From the NCBI RefSeq assembly GCF_009914755.1, contig NC_060942.1: DNA of 64,000 nucleotides. The stretch is one strand, 5' to 3'. The notes below the pieces were generated by a model. It was not told the DNA's origin. It saw only the letters and a list, made by a program, of their open reading frames with translations, and did not search any database. The DNA comes from the human T2T-CHM13v2.0 reference genome, Homo sapiens. Made by a program: the position numbers and the translations under genes. Shown here piece by piece: positions 16,167 through 28,240 of the stretch; positions within the stretch are counted from its first letter, which is position 1, and the number at the start of each line of letters is the position of its first letter.

Positions 16167-16586
16167 GATAGACTGGATTAAGAAAATGTGGCACATATAC
16201 ACCATGGAATACTATGCAGCCATAAAAAGGGATGAGTTCATGTCCTTTGTAGAGACATGGATAAAGCTGGAAAGCATCATTCTGAGCAAACTATCGCAAG
16301 GACAGAAAACCAAACACCGCATGTTCTCACTCATAGGTGGGAACTGAACAATGAGAACACTTAGACACAGGATGGGGAACATCACACACTGGGGCCTGTC
16401 ATGGGGTCGGGGGAGGGGGGAGGGATAGCATTAGGAGATATACCTAATGTAAATGACGAGTTAATGGGTGCAGCACACCAACATGGCACATGTATACATA
16501 TGTAACAAACCTGCACGTTGTGCACATGTACCCTAGAACTTAGAGTATAAACAAAAAAAAAAAAGAGAGAGATGGAAAAAAAAAAA
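16167..16586 (+). mobile_element. 5'-truncated L1 (L1PA5-like) inserted antisense into outer L1 ORF1
   Basis: L1 3' 0.4 kb (IDWIKKMWHIYTMEYYAAIK...) plus A-tail; TSD GAAATTCTGGGTTGA at 16152-16166 and 16587-16601. Confidence 0.96.
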
Positions 16587-16875
16587 GAAATTCTGGGTTG
16601 AAAATTCTTTCTTTAAGAATGTTGAATATTGGCCCCCACTCTCTTCTGGCTTGTAGGGTTTCTGCCGAGAGATCCACTGTTAGTCTGATGGGCTTCCCTT
16701 TGCGGGTAACCTGACCTTTCTCTCTGGCTGCCCTTAACATTTTTTTCCTTCATTTCAACCTTGGTGAATCTGACAATTTTTTGTCTTGGGGTTGCTCTTC
16801 TCAAAGAATATCTTTGTGGTATCCTCTGTATTTCCTCAATTTGAATGTTGGCCTGTTTTGCTAGGTTGGGGAAGT

Positions 16876-16957
16876 TCTGTCCAGGCCTGCGGCTTCCCTT
16901 AAAACCAAGATTGTCCTTAAAAGCCTAGGATACATGTTTAATCACTTTATTAAACAT
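16876..16957 (+). repeat. Templated insertion inside outer L1 ORF1, copy of 19016-19091
   Basis: 76 bp with 2 mismatches to non-L1 flank 2140 bp away; interrupts the L1 sequence gaagttct|cc|tggataatatcc. Confidence 0.93.
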
Positions 16958-19574
16958 GGGTAATATCCTGAAGAGTGTTTCCCAACTTGGTTCCATTCTC
17001 CCCCCACTTTTCAGATGCACCAATCAAACATAGGTTTGGTCTTTTCACATAGTCCCGTATTTCTTGGAGGCTTTGTTCGTTCCTTTTCATTCTTTTTTTC
17101 TCTAATCTTGTTTTCATGCTTTATTTCATTAAGCTGATCTTTAATCTCTGACATCCTTTCTTCCGCTTGATCGATTTGGCTACTGATACTTGTGTATGCT
17201 TCATGAAGTTCTCGTGCTGTGTTTTTCAGCTCTATCATATCATTTATGTTCTTCTCTAAACTGGTTATTCCAGTTAGCAATTCATCTAACCTTTTTTCAA
17301 GGTTCTTAGCTTCCTTGCATTGGGTTAGAAAGTGCTCTTTTAGCTCGGAGGAGTTTGTTATTACCCACCTTCTGAAGGGTACTTCTGTCAATTCGTCAAA
17401 CTCATTCTTCGTCCAGTTTTGTTCCCTTGCTGGCAAGGAGTTGTGATCCTTTGGAGGAGAAGAGGTGTTCAGGTTTTTGGAGTTTTCAGCCTTTTTGCAC
17501 TGGTTTTTCCTCATCTTCGTGGATTTATCTACTTTTGGTCTTTGATGTTGGTGACCTTTGGATGGGGTTGGTGTGGATGTCCTTTATGTTGATGTTGATG
17601 CTATTCCTTTCTGTTTGCTAGTTTTCCTTCTAACAGGCCCCTCTGCTGCATATCTGCTGGAGCTTGCTGGAGGTCCACTCCAGACCCTGTTCGCCTGGGT
17701 ATCACCAGCAGAGGCTGCAGAACAGCAAAGATTGCTGCCTGTTCCTTCCTCTGGAAGCTTTGTCCCAGAGGGGCACCAACAAGATACCAGCTGGAGCTCT
17801 CCTGTATGAGGTGTCTGTCGACCCCTGCTGGGAGGTGTCTCCCAGTCAGGAGGCATGGGGGCCAGGGACCCACTTGAGGAAGCAGTCTGTTGCTTAGCAG
17901 AGCTCAAGTGCTGTGTTGGGAGATCTGCTGCTCTCTTCAGAGCTGGCAGGCAGGAATGTTTAAGTCTGCTGAAGCTGTGCTCACATTTGCCCCTTCCCCG
18001 AGGTGCTCTGTCTCAGGGAGATGGGAGTTTTATCTATAAGCCCCTGACTGGGGCTGCTGCCTTTCTTTCAGAGATGCCCTTCCAAGAGAGGAGGAATCTA
18101 GAGAGGCAGTCTGGCTATAGCAGCTTTGCTGAGCTGCAGTGGGCTCTGCCCAGTTTGAACTTCCCCATGGCTTTGTTTACACTATGAGGGGAAAACTGCC
18201 TACTCAAGCCTCAGTAATGGTGGACTCCCCTTCCCCCACCAAGCTTGAGTGTCCCAGGTCAACTTTAGGCTGCTGTGTTGGCATTGAGTATTTCAAGCCA
18301 GTGGATCTTAGCTTGCTGGGCTCCATGGAGGTGGGATCCACTGAGCTGGACCACTTAGCTCCCTGGCTTCAGCCCTTTTTCCAGGGAGGTGAATGGTTCT
18401 GTCTCGCTGGTGTTCCAGGCGCCACTGGGGTATGAAAAAAATCATCTGCAGCTAGCTCAGTGTCTGCTCAAATGGCCACCCAGTTTTGTGCTTGAAACCC
18501 AGGGCCCTGGTGGTATAGGCACCTGAGGGAATCTCCTGGTCTGCGGTTGCGAAGACCTTGGGAAAATTTTAGTATCTGGGCTGGAATGCACCGTTTCTCA
18601 TGGCACAGTCTCTCATGGCTTCCCTTGGCTATGGGAGGGTGTTCCCTGACCACTTGTGCTTCCTGGGTGAGCTGACTCCCCAACCTGCTTCGGCTTGCCC
18701 TCCTTTGGCTGCACCCACTTTCTAACCAGTCCCAATGAGATGAGCTGGGTACCTCAGTCGGAAATGCAGAAATCACCCACCTTCTGCGTTGGTCTCGCTG
18801 GGAGTTGCAGACTGGAGCTGTTCCTATTCGGCCATCTTGCCAGCCACCTCTTTATTTTTAATACTTATATGTTTGAAGATTGAAAACTAGGGAGAATGGG
18901 AAGGGAATTTATAGTTAAAGAGAATGAGTTTTTCTCTGTCCTTGTGCCCTGGGGAAAGTAGGAAGACAAATCCCTGAGAATTGGAGAATTTCATGCCAGC
19001 GTGAGATTACTGTGCTCTGTTCAGGCCTGCGGCTTCCCTTAAAACCAAGATTGTCCTTAAAAGCCTAGCATACATGTTTAATCACTTTATTGTTATGCAA
19101 GATAAAGTGACCACATATCTGATTCATTCTTGAGAGGCAAGAAGATGACCATAAGGGAATCTATCTTATCCCTTCTCTTTCGTCCTAGTCTCAGCAAGTG
19201 AGAGAAGGTTGGTCGTTTGGTTTAGTCTGGACATTTTCCTTGTTCCAGGTCAATAAATATCTATTGAACAGCTTCTGTGAATCAGGCACAATGTTAGACT
19301 CAGGGGAGACAAAAATAAATGCGGTAACAGCTTTTAAGAGTTTGTATTGCAGGAGGAAAGAGAGGGAAAGCAGAAGATGGGGAGGGAAGGGAGCAAGGCC
19401 AGTTCTTTCCTCTAGGACACAGGGTGAAATGAACACCGTCACCTGAACTGGCCATCTGCAATAACTTCCAATACTCCACCATTAGTCCATAGAATAATGG
19501 CTTCTCCAAGATCCCTCCAGATATAAAAGAAGCACTGCATCCTTTACAAGCCCTCAAGAACATTTCAATAAATG

Positions 19575-19745
19575 GAATCTTTCCTGCTCTGCCATTTACT
19601 ACATATATGACTAATGCAAGTTAGTTTAACCGTCCAGGCTTCAGTTTCTTCATCTGTAAAATGGGAATAATAATGGTTTTTGTAAAGTAACACATAAAAT
19701 ATTCTTAGCACACTCAAAAAATTTGGAGTTATTATTATTATTGTG
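19575..19745 (+). mobile_element. MIR
   Basis: ctctgccatttact...cttcagtttcttcatctgtaaaatgggaataataat. Confidence 0.75.
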
Positions 19746-19959
19746 CTTCTTGAGGCACTTTTGGGTAGAGGCTATTTTTTCACATATGATTTATTTAAAG
19801 ATTAGACAGTGCAGTAAGTGTCTTTCTTCCTCCCTTATGACACAGTTAGACCATAACTACCCTTTCTTTTTTTAAAAATTTCAATCCTTTGGGGCTAAAA
19901 TCATCCAGGTGTACCACTTTCTCCCCCTCCTATTCATTGTAATTTCCTCACTTTCTGAG

Positions 19960-22620
19960 AAGTAAATCTCCGTCTCTGTCACTGAAGACTTTAGAACCTG
20001 GCTCCCAATCTTTCTGTCTACTTCAACATCTGTCTTCATTCTAGTTGACTTAAACATCCACAGTGAAATCTATTCAACATTCCAAACTTTCGGTTTTTGA
20101 GAACTTCATCTACAAGGACTTCCTCTTCCACTTTTAGGTTGAGCAGGCCTCTCCCATGGCTACACTCTGATGGCTGTCATCACTGGAGGCTTCCCCATCT
20201 GCAGAATCTCTAAATCACACAACCCACTCCTGAAAGCTGCTTGTTGTATCTTCCCCACTCCCCTGCTCACAATCCCCCTACATCTCCAGTCCATTGACCC
20301 TTCCACTTTCTCTCTCCCCACAAGCCCTTCTAGTGTCTACATTCCCTTTGTCCAGCTTAGACTTCATTGTTCACACAAGCTTTTATTTGTTGCAAATATC
20401 TTCCTGTTTGTCTTTCTGCCCAGCTGACAAAGCCCCAGGTCTGGATGAACCCAGCCACCAACCTTCTCCAGGTCTACTCGCCCCAGTCTTCCTTTTTGAA
20501 ACAGAATCTTTCTCTGTCACCTGGGCTATAGTGCAGTGGCTCAATCGTAGCTCATTGTAGCCTCAAACTCCTGGACGCAAGCAATCCTCCTACCTCAGCC
20601 TCCTGAATAGCTGGGACTATTGGCAGGTGCCACCATGCCCAGCTAATTTTTTGTTTTTTTTGTAGAGATAGGGGTCTCACTACGTTGTGCAGGCTGGTCT
20701 CAAACCCCTGGCTTCAAGCAATCCTTCCACCTTTGCCTCCCAAAGTGCTGGGATTACAGGAGTGAGCCTTGGCTCCCAGCTCAGGTCTACTCTTGAATGT
20801 CTTGGCATGGCTGGAGAGTATCTCACGGCCTAGCAGATGATAACACTGTGCATTCACAATCACCAAACACAATTGGCTTCTCCTCATGGCATGGCAAGCT
20901 TAGTACTACTTTCTTTTAGGAAGCACCATCCTGCTTTCCTGAAAGGCTATTTTATGCCTTTTTCATTCTCCTTAAAACTGCCCACTCTCCCTTGATCTCA
21001 TAACATGACTCTGCCTCACATTTAGAAGCTCTCAGATGGAAATGCCCTCACGTTCCCTTCACATGATCTACCTGGAAGCCTGCGTCTGCACCCTCTTTTC
21101 ACAACAGTTCTCATGGAGGACATGCCCCTCTTCCTCTCCAAGGCCAATTGCTCCATATGTGTCTTGAATCCCATTCCCTCTAGCCTTTCCCATCTATCTG
21201 GATTTATCCGATCAGTACTAAAATATTCTGTTGTATCTCCCATCAGGAACAATCCCAAAGACAACAGCAACAAAGACAACAGTGACAAATGACAACCATG
21301 GCCGCCCCCCCCCCCATGACCCTGGCCTCTCTCCTGTGACTGTGCTTTCACAGCCACCCTCACCCAAGCGTGGTCTGCTCCTGCCCACGTGCTTCCCCAC
21401 CTCTGTTTTTCCCACCTCTCCAGCCTGGCTTCTGTCCTCACAACTCCATGGCATCACTACTTACTATGGTTACTTGGGTGTTGTTAAATCCAATGGGCTC
21501 ATTTCAGCTCTCATTTTTCGTCGTTTGGGTCAACATTCAACATGCCTTTATGGAAATGCTATCTTACTTTCCTGGTACCAAGCACTCTCCGTTTTCCTCC
21601 CATCCCATGGCTTCTCCTTCCCAGGCTTCTTGACCTCCATGGGAATGTTGAGCCGTCTTCTTCCTCTATATGTTCCTTGGGCAATCTCAGTCACTCCTGC
21701 AGTTTTGCTCATAGTTCATATATGTCTGTAGCTTCCCTGTTTATGTTTTAATTCTGACTTCTCTTTTGAGCGATAGACATATCCACTTTAGTGGTTGGAG
21801 ACATTTTAAGCTTGAATTATCTGATATTAAACTCTTGACCTTTTTCTACTGCCACTTTTCCCACTCCCCAATATGGTCTTATTTTGGTATACTCCATTCC
21901 ACAGGTAGTACCCCTGTCTACTCTGTTGTCTGACAGCCATTTGAATTTCAAGTTTGTCAATTCTACTTCAAAAATATGTATTAAACCCATCTCTACATCC
22001 TAGTGTAAGCCAATAGCATTTCATGTTAGAGTTGCTGCAATAGCTTCTCAATAGCTCCCCCATGTCTACTTTTATATTCTGATTTATTCTGCACACTGTA
22101 GTCAGAATGACTTTTTTTAAAAGCAAAAGTGTGATCATGTTATTGTTTCCCATTGCATTTAGAATAAAATACAAAATTAATAACATAACCAATAAGACTG
22201 CCCGATTAGGTTCCTGCCAACTCTTGCCAGTCTTTGCTTTGCTTCTGCTATTCCAGCTACTGAGGCCTTCTTCCAGTTCTGAGAATGTGCCCAGCTCTCT
22301 CCTGCCTCAGAGATTTCTCATGGGCTGTTTGCTCTGCCTGGAATTCTCTTTTCCCCACTCTTTCCCTGACTAATTTCTACACATACCTCAGGTCCCAGAA
22401 ATTAGGTTTGCGTGATATAAATACTCGCATAGCAGTCTCTGCTCCTCCATCATAGCACTTATCATGATCCCTGTCTTCATTTATGTGGTTATTTGTTTAT
22501 TTATCTCCCTACTAGACTGTGAGCTCTTGGAAGGCAAGGACTACTCAGTCTTCCCACCCCTTTATCATCAGCCGCTAGCACAGTCTGGCACATGGCAAGG
22601 GCCCAATAATTTATTCTGAA
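19960..22620 (+). mobile_element. LINE-2 (L2a-like) long degenerate fragment
   Basis: C/T-rich sense strand and L2 3' motifs (actagactgtgagctcttggaaggcaagg...ctagcacagtctggcacatgg...caataa); interrupted by AluJ; left boundary approximate. Confidence 0.7.
20493..20781 (-). mobile_element. AluJ
   Basis: Reverse dimeric Alu with J-type gctcattgtagcctcaaactcctgg; flanking direct repeat CAGGTCTACTC at 20469-20479 and 20782-20792. Confidence 0.9.
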
Positions 22621-23029
22621 CTCAGGAATCGTTCACTAAAATAATCTGGAGGTGGTTATGTAAGTAGGTGTTTGTTTTCTCATTTATTGACTCATTCATT
22701 CATTCATTCAACACATAGCTAGGTATTTTCGAATCCAAGGCGAGAATAAATTGTTCTCTTCAACTTCCCTCAACTCTTTTCTCTCTTAGCAGGTTTTATC
22801 TGGCTCCTCAAGGAATCAGTCCCTGGCAGTGGCCACACTTGTCATGTCTGTCTGGTTCACTGGATGGATTAGGTTTCAGGAAAGCGTTCTCTTCTCACTG
22901 AGTCTTGCGCTGTTCTGTTCCTGAATGTTCTTACTGTTCTTAATTCTGTCACAAATAATATGAACTCATCCACCAAAGGTGAGATCAGATGGGTCTAGAG
23001 GGTCACTTAGGTGATTTGTGGGTATTTTG

Positions 23030-23200
23030 TTAAACAAATATTTATCAGACAACAAGTGTGTGCTAGGCTTTCCTAGACTTTTATCATGACAATCTTTTAT
23101 TCTCATAACAACATTTTACATGGGGTTTTGCTATTTCTGCTTTATAGATGGGAAAATTGAGGCTCAAGGAATTAAGTTGCTCCTTATCACAGAGATAGAG
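23030..23200 (-). mobile_element. MIR
   Basis: ctttatagatgggaaaattgaggctcaaggaattaagt reverse core; boundaries approximate. Confidence 0.6.
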
Positions 23201-24122
23201 CTGTTTTCTTTTTGTTCTAGTATGACTGTATTTTTCAAAATTGTTAATTTATGCTCACAAATAAGCACAGCCAAGTATTGAATTATACTTGATAGTTCTT
23301 CTTTTGGAGGATTTAAACACACATATTATGAAATTCTATTTTACAGGAGTGAGATACTAGTGACCCAGAGATCCAGTCAATTGTCCAGAATTTAGCTATA
23401 CCCTGTGTTTTGGAGGGAAATGTACACGATTCACTCTGTACCAAGTCAGGCAGAAATATGGCACCGCCCTTCTAGACAGACATCTGTTCAAATATAAATT
23501 TCCTGTTTATTGAGGCTTCTGCTCTATTGAAGTAAAGGTCTCGATACGGCTGAACAAGTCAATCATTATAAACCTTGTTAGTGTGACAGCCCCTTGTGTA
23601 TTGTTTAACTGGAAATGAAACACAAATACACCAAACCCCTGCAGTATCCGCTTCACGGTACATAAATCTACTGTGCATCATGTCATTTGAAATTTGATGG
23701 CAATCTACCAAATGGCAGAAAAGACTCCATCCTCAGAGGGCCATGCAAATGATTCCAGGCTCTGAACAATAAGGTGAGAGGACACAGCCTGTCCTTGGCT
23801 CCCCTCCCCCACATCCTTCCCAGAAAGCATTCCCTAGGGTAATTTCTTAGTGGCAACTGGTGAATTATCCAAATACAAACGACCAGTGTTCAGAACCACA
23901 TGCAGATCTGGCTTCAGATGTACTAAATAGGATTGAATCGTTCTTCCTGCCTTCTACTACCCAAGCTGAATTATTATTGCTTGCAGCGAAACCCTCTCAG
24001 ACCCTTATTAAGCCGTCTTAATTGCTTTCCTCAGCTTTCTTTCTCTTTTATTCAAACCTCAGAGGTGAAGGATAATCTGCTCTTAGTTATGCTAAGATAA
24101 AGATGCTCATCTCGCCTTGCTC

Positions 24123-24148
24123 TCCCTCCCTCCCTCCCTCCCTCCCCC
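24123..24148. repeat. (CCCT)n microsatellite
   Basis: tccctccctccctccctccctccccc. Confidence 0.9.
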
Positions 24149-25209
24149 TACTTTATCACACATCTATGCCATAGACAAACCTGCATTTTCATTTTGGAAA
24201 GGTCCAAACCAGCCCGGTAGTCTGCTGATAATAGTCCTGGACTGAGGTTAAATTATTTTAGCAGTGATCATCTTTCCTTGGTTTGGGTTTTAAATGGATA
24301 GGGCATTTCTCTATTTAGTTCTCCTGGGAAGATTTAGTCACAAATTGTTAGAATCAGAGCTGGAAATCTCAAAGTACCATCCATTCCGGTTGCTATTCTT
24401 GAGCAGATTAAATCATTCAAAACAAGCAGTTGGCTGCTTGAATCGGTCCTTCTGGGTCATGGCCCAACCTTGTCAGGGCTGCCCCTGAAGGCTGGGCCCA
24501 GGTGTAGGAAGGCTGGGACAAGCTGGTGGCAGCTCCATTAGCAGCTCATGGGAGGAGGGGGCTGGCTGCAGTCTGGAGAGGTTGGGCCTAGTGAGTACAT
24601 AAATGGGGCTGCCAAGCCAAGCAGGCAGAGCAGCAGAAGGTGGCGATGAAGCAGAGTTAGGAATGTGGCCAGATTGTGGAGGATCTACTTCCAATAAAGC
24701 CATTGTCTACTTCACCAATTCTTTCAGGAGCATCTAAGGGGAGTTATGAGACTCTTAAAGGGCTGAACGTGTGTGACAATCTTTTCTATGTTCAATGACT
24801 TTCTTGGAAACATTTAATGATCTTTTTTCCCCTTATCAAACATAACTTCCCCTGTGTCATTGAATGCCTCATTTTTGAGCAAAAGTGTAATACCAGTGGA
24901 CTGGGGAGGTCCCCAGACACCAGTGGGACCTCAACTTCAGCCAGTGTCAAGGCTCTTAACACCATTGTGAGAAGGAATTCAAGGATGAGTCAGAAAATAG
25001 AGAAAGTATAGAGATTTATTGCAAAGTGAAAAGTACACACTCAAGAAGGGGAGCGTGTGTGTACTCAAGAGAGTTGCACAATGGGGCTTGAGGTTTCTAT
25101 GTTGGGTTTTTAACCAAAGGGTGGAATATGCATGAAAATTCCTGAAAAAGCTGGAGATTTCTTAGAACTGTGGTGCCACCCATTTTTACACCAAATATCA
25201 GTGTTCTTG

Positions 25210-25589
25210 TGTATTAGTCTGTTTTTGCATTGCTATAAAGAACTACCCGAGACTGGGTCATTTATAAAGCAAAGAGGTGTAATTGGCTCACAGTTCTGCA
25301 AGCTGTACAGAAAGTATGGCTGGGGAGGTCTCAGGAAACTTACAATCATGGTAGAAGGTGAAGACGAAGGAGGCACATCTTATATGGCAGGAGCAGAAGG
25401 AAGAAAGCAGGGAGGTGCTACACACTTTTAAACAACCAGATCTCATGAGAATTCACTCACTATCAGGAGACCAGCAAGGGAGAAGTCTGCCCTCGTGATC
25501 CAATCACCTCCCACCAGGCTCCCCCTCCAATATTGAGGATTACAATTAGACATGAGATTTGGGCAGGGACACAAATCTAAACCATATCA
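25210..25589 (-). mobile_element. MaLR solo LTR (MSTA-like)
   Basis: tgtattagtctgtttttgcattgctataaag...aatctaaaccatatca; 5-bp TSD TCTTG/TCTCA. Confidence 0.9.
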
Positions 25590-25614
25590 TCTCAGAGCTG
25601 TCATGGCACTTCCA

Positions 25615-25964
25615 AGCTCCCACTTGGTTTTTCTGTTCCTGTCTTAATTTGCTTAGGATAATGGCCTCTAGCTGCATCCACGTTGCTAAAAAGCACAAGA
25701 TTTCATTCCTTTTTAAGGCTGCATAGTATTTCATGGTGTATATGTACCACACTTGCTTTATCCAGACCACTGTTTACGGGCATCTAGGTTGATTCCATGT
25801 CTTTGTTATTGTGAAAAGTGCTGTGATGAACATGTGTGTGCATGTATCTTTATGGCAGAACAATTTACATTCCTTGGGGTACATGCACAGTAATGGGATT
25901 GCTGGCTCAAATGGTAGTTCTGTTTTAAATTCTCTGGGAAATCTCTAAACTGCTTTTCACAGTG
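25615..25964 (-). mobile_element. Internal L1 fragment (L1PB/old L1PA-like ORF2 end) lacking 3' end and tail
   Basis: Encodes WIKQVWYIYTMKYYAALKRNEI...LEAIILSKL; no poly(A), no TSD visible. Confidence 0.85.
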
Positions 25965-26878
25965 ATTGGGTGTGTGATTGAGTCAGTCAGTGAGTGTAAA
26001 ATGAGGTCCTAGGTGAAACATAGGTCAAATCCAGTGTCATACTGGGTCCAGTTGGTCTTCGCCAACTTGGTCCACACCCTGTTTTCCGTGGTCTTATCAA
26101 CCCATAGCTTCTGCAGCTATTTCAACAATTTCCTTTTGCTTAGTCATGTGAAACTGCTGCCTGGAATTTTCTATTTTCCTGCAACCACTCTGTATTATTC
26201 TTGACACAGGAGGAATTTATCAAATGTTATAACACAATCTATTCTTATTTCTCCTTAAGAAAACATCTGTGTAACTTTTGAGGGAATCAAACATGGAAAA
26301 GCATATTCCATACAACTGTTTGATTATATTTTAAAATATATTCTTATGATAAGCTCTTGAAACATCGAAGCAATGTATGAAAACATTCTTGAACCATTTT
26401 AGGTTAGGCGTACCTTATGAATTAAAAACAGCAGGTTCTATCTCTTGTTGATGAAAGGAGAAAATAGTCTTTCTTTGGAAGGCAAACAATTTTTGTCCTG
26501 GAGAACATTTGGTTTCATAGGAAAGCTGTTGATGTCTCAGAAGAAACAGTTTATTTTCTCTCTCAGGACAAGGAAATTGCTCGAAAAATATTTTTTATGA
26601 TTCAGGAATAGGTGAATCTTTGTAGATTTCAAAACTGTAGTATTCTATAGGAACATACGTATGCTTTTAAGTTTATACAACAGCAAGACGTCCTCTAGAT
26701 TTAATAATCTTTTCATTATTCTTGGGGCCAGAGAATATGTTGTTTCAAGTTTAGGTTGGTTTTCATTAAACAGGGGGAAGAACAGAGCTTTAGACTTTCG
26801 GTTTTGAGGATGCAGCAAGACTTTGCAATTATGACAATCATTAGTTTACAAGTCTTGCTTCTCATGTCACTCCATTAA

Positions 26879-27234
<356 letters not shown>

Positions 27235-27357
27235 TATAATTCCTGACTATGTAATTTTCTGACATTTTTCTTACAGCTTGTCTAGGACACTGATGTGGGA
27301 CAGTGAGGCAGCCATCATTGTAGGCAGCTATAAAAAGTTGGAGGATATCAAAGAAAA

Positions 27358-27499
27358 GGGGGGAGGGATAGCATTAGGAGATATACCTAATGTAAATGAC
27401 GAGTTAATGGGTGCAGCACACCAACATGGCACATGTATACATATGTATACACGTTATGCGCATGTACGCTAGAACTTAAAGTATAATAATAAAAAAAAA
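27358..27499 (+). mobile_element. Very short 5'-truncated L1PA 3' end
   Basis: gggagggatagcattaggagatatacctaatgtaaatgacgagttaatgggtgcagc...cttaaagtataataataaaaaaaaa. Confidence 0.93.
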
Positions 27500-27629
27500 G
27501 GAGACATGGTGTCTGCCCTGATGAATATTCACCTCTAGCTGGGAAGGCAGAATATATGCTCATGAAAGACACTTAAAGGTAAATCTATAAGGATATGTTT
27601 ATCAGCATTTATACATTAACATCAAATAA

Positions 27630-27840
27630 TTATAGCTACCACTTTCAAGTGATTATTATGTTCAGTGCTAGAAACTTTACAAAGCATGATGCAGGACACA
27701 TTACTATCTCTGTTTTACAGATGAGAAAGCTGAGGCTCAGAAAGGTTACATGACCTCTCCAGGATCATCTAGCTAAGAAATGACAGAATTGAGGTGGGAC
27801 TTTGGGTCTGACCCCCAAGCCGGGTTTTGTGCCCAGTGTA
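27630..27840 (-). mobile_element. MIR
   Basis: tgttttacagatgagaaagctgaggctcagaaaggttacatgacct. Confidence 0.75.
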
Positions 27841-28105
27841 CTGCATCTCCACAAACAGTAACTGTGTCTGTCTCATCCACAGTCTTACATCAGCACCTTG
27901 CACAATGTTGGGCACAGAGTAGACACTCAAGGATGATTTAACAGATTCAGTACTGCCGAAGCACACAAAAGGTGTATCCTGTCCTAAAGCTGTAAACTTG
28001 TCATTGAATTACATTTTTTTTTTTTTCCTGAAATAGCCTGTTTATGATTGGGAGCAAGATTTTTTTTTTCTCAGAGTATGTGGTTCTGTTTTTTCTGTTT
28101 AGCTT

Positions 28106-28240
28106 CTTTATTTTATATTTTTATTATTTTATTTGTAGAGATGGGGTCTCCCTGCATTGCCCAGGCTAGTCTGGAATTCCTGGGCTCAAGTGATCCTCCC
28201 ACCTTGGCCTCCCAAGGTTCTGGGATTACAGGTGTTAGCC
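28106..28240 (-). mobile_element. FLAM/Alu left monomer
   Basis: gtagagatggggtctc...ctgggattacaggtgttagcc with T-rich tail. Confidence 0.85.

Larger units (their letters stand above)
24886..26208 (-). mobile_element. ERV1-class solo LTR (MER4-group-like), interrupted twice
   Basis: TG...CA ends; reverse polyA signal agagatttattgcaaagtgaaaagtacac; gaaggaattcaaggatgagtc; LTR sequence resumes after each insertion. Confidence 0.7.

Noticed and set aside
17558-18776. Cluster of 60-110 aa ORFs on both strands
   Set aside because: GC-rich 5'UTR of the old host L1; no intact ORF0 equivalent recognised.
21231-21731. 166-aa ORF and overlapping antisense ORFs
   Set aside because: Lie within C/T-rich degenerate L2 sequence that is poor in stop codons.
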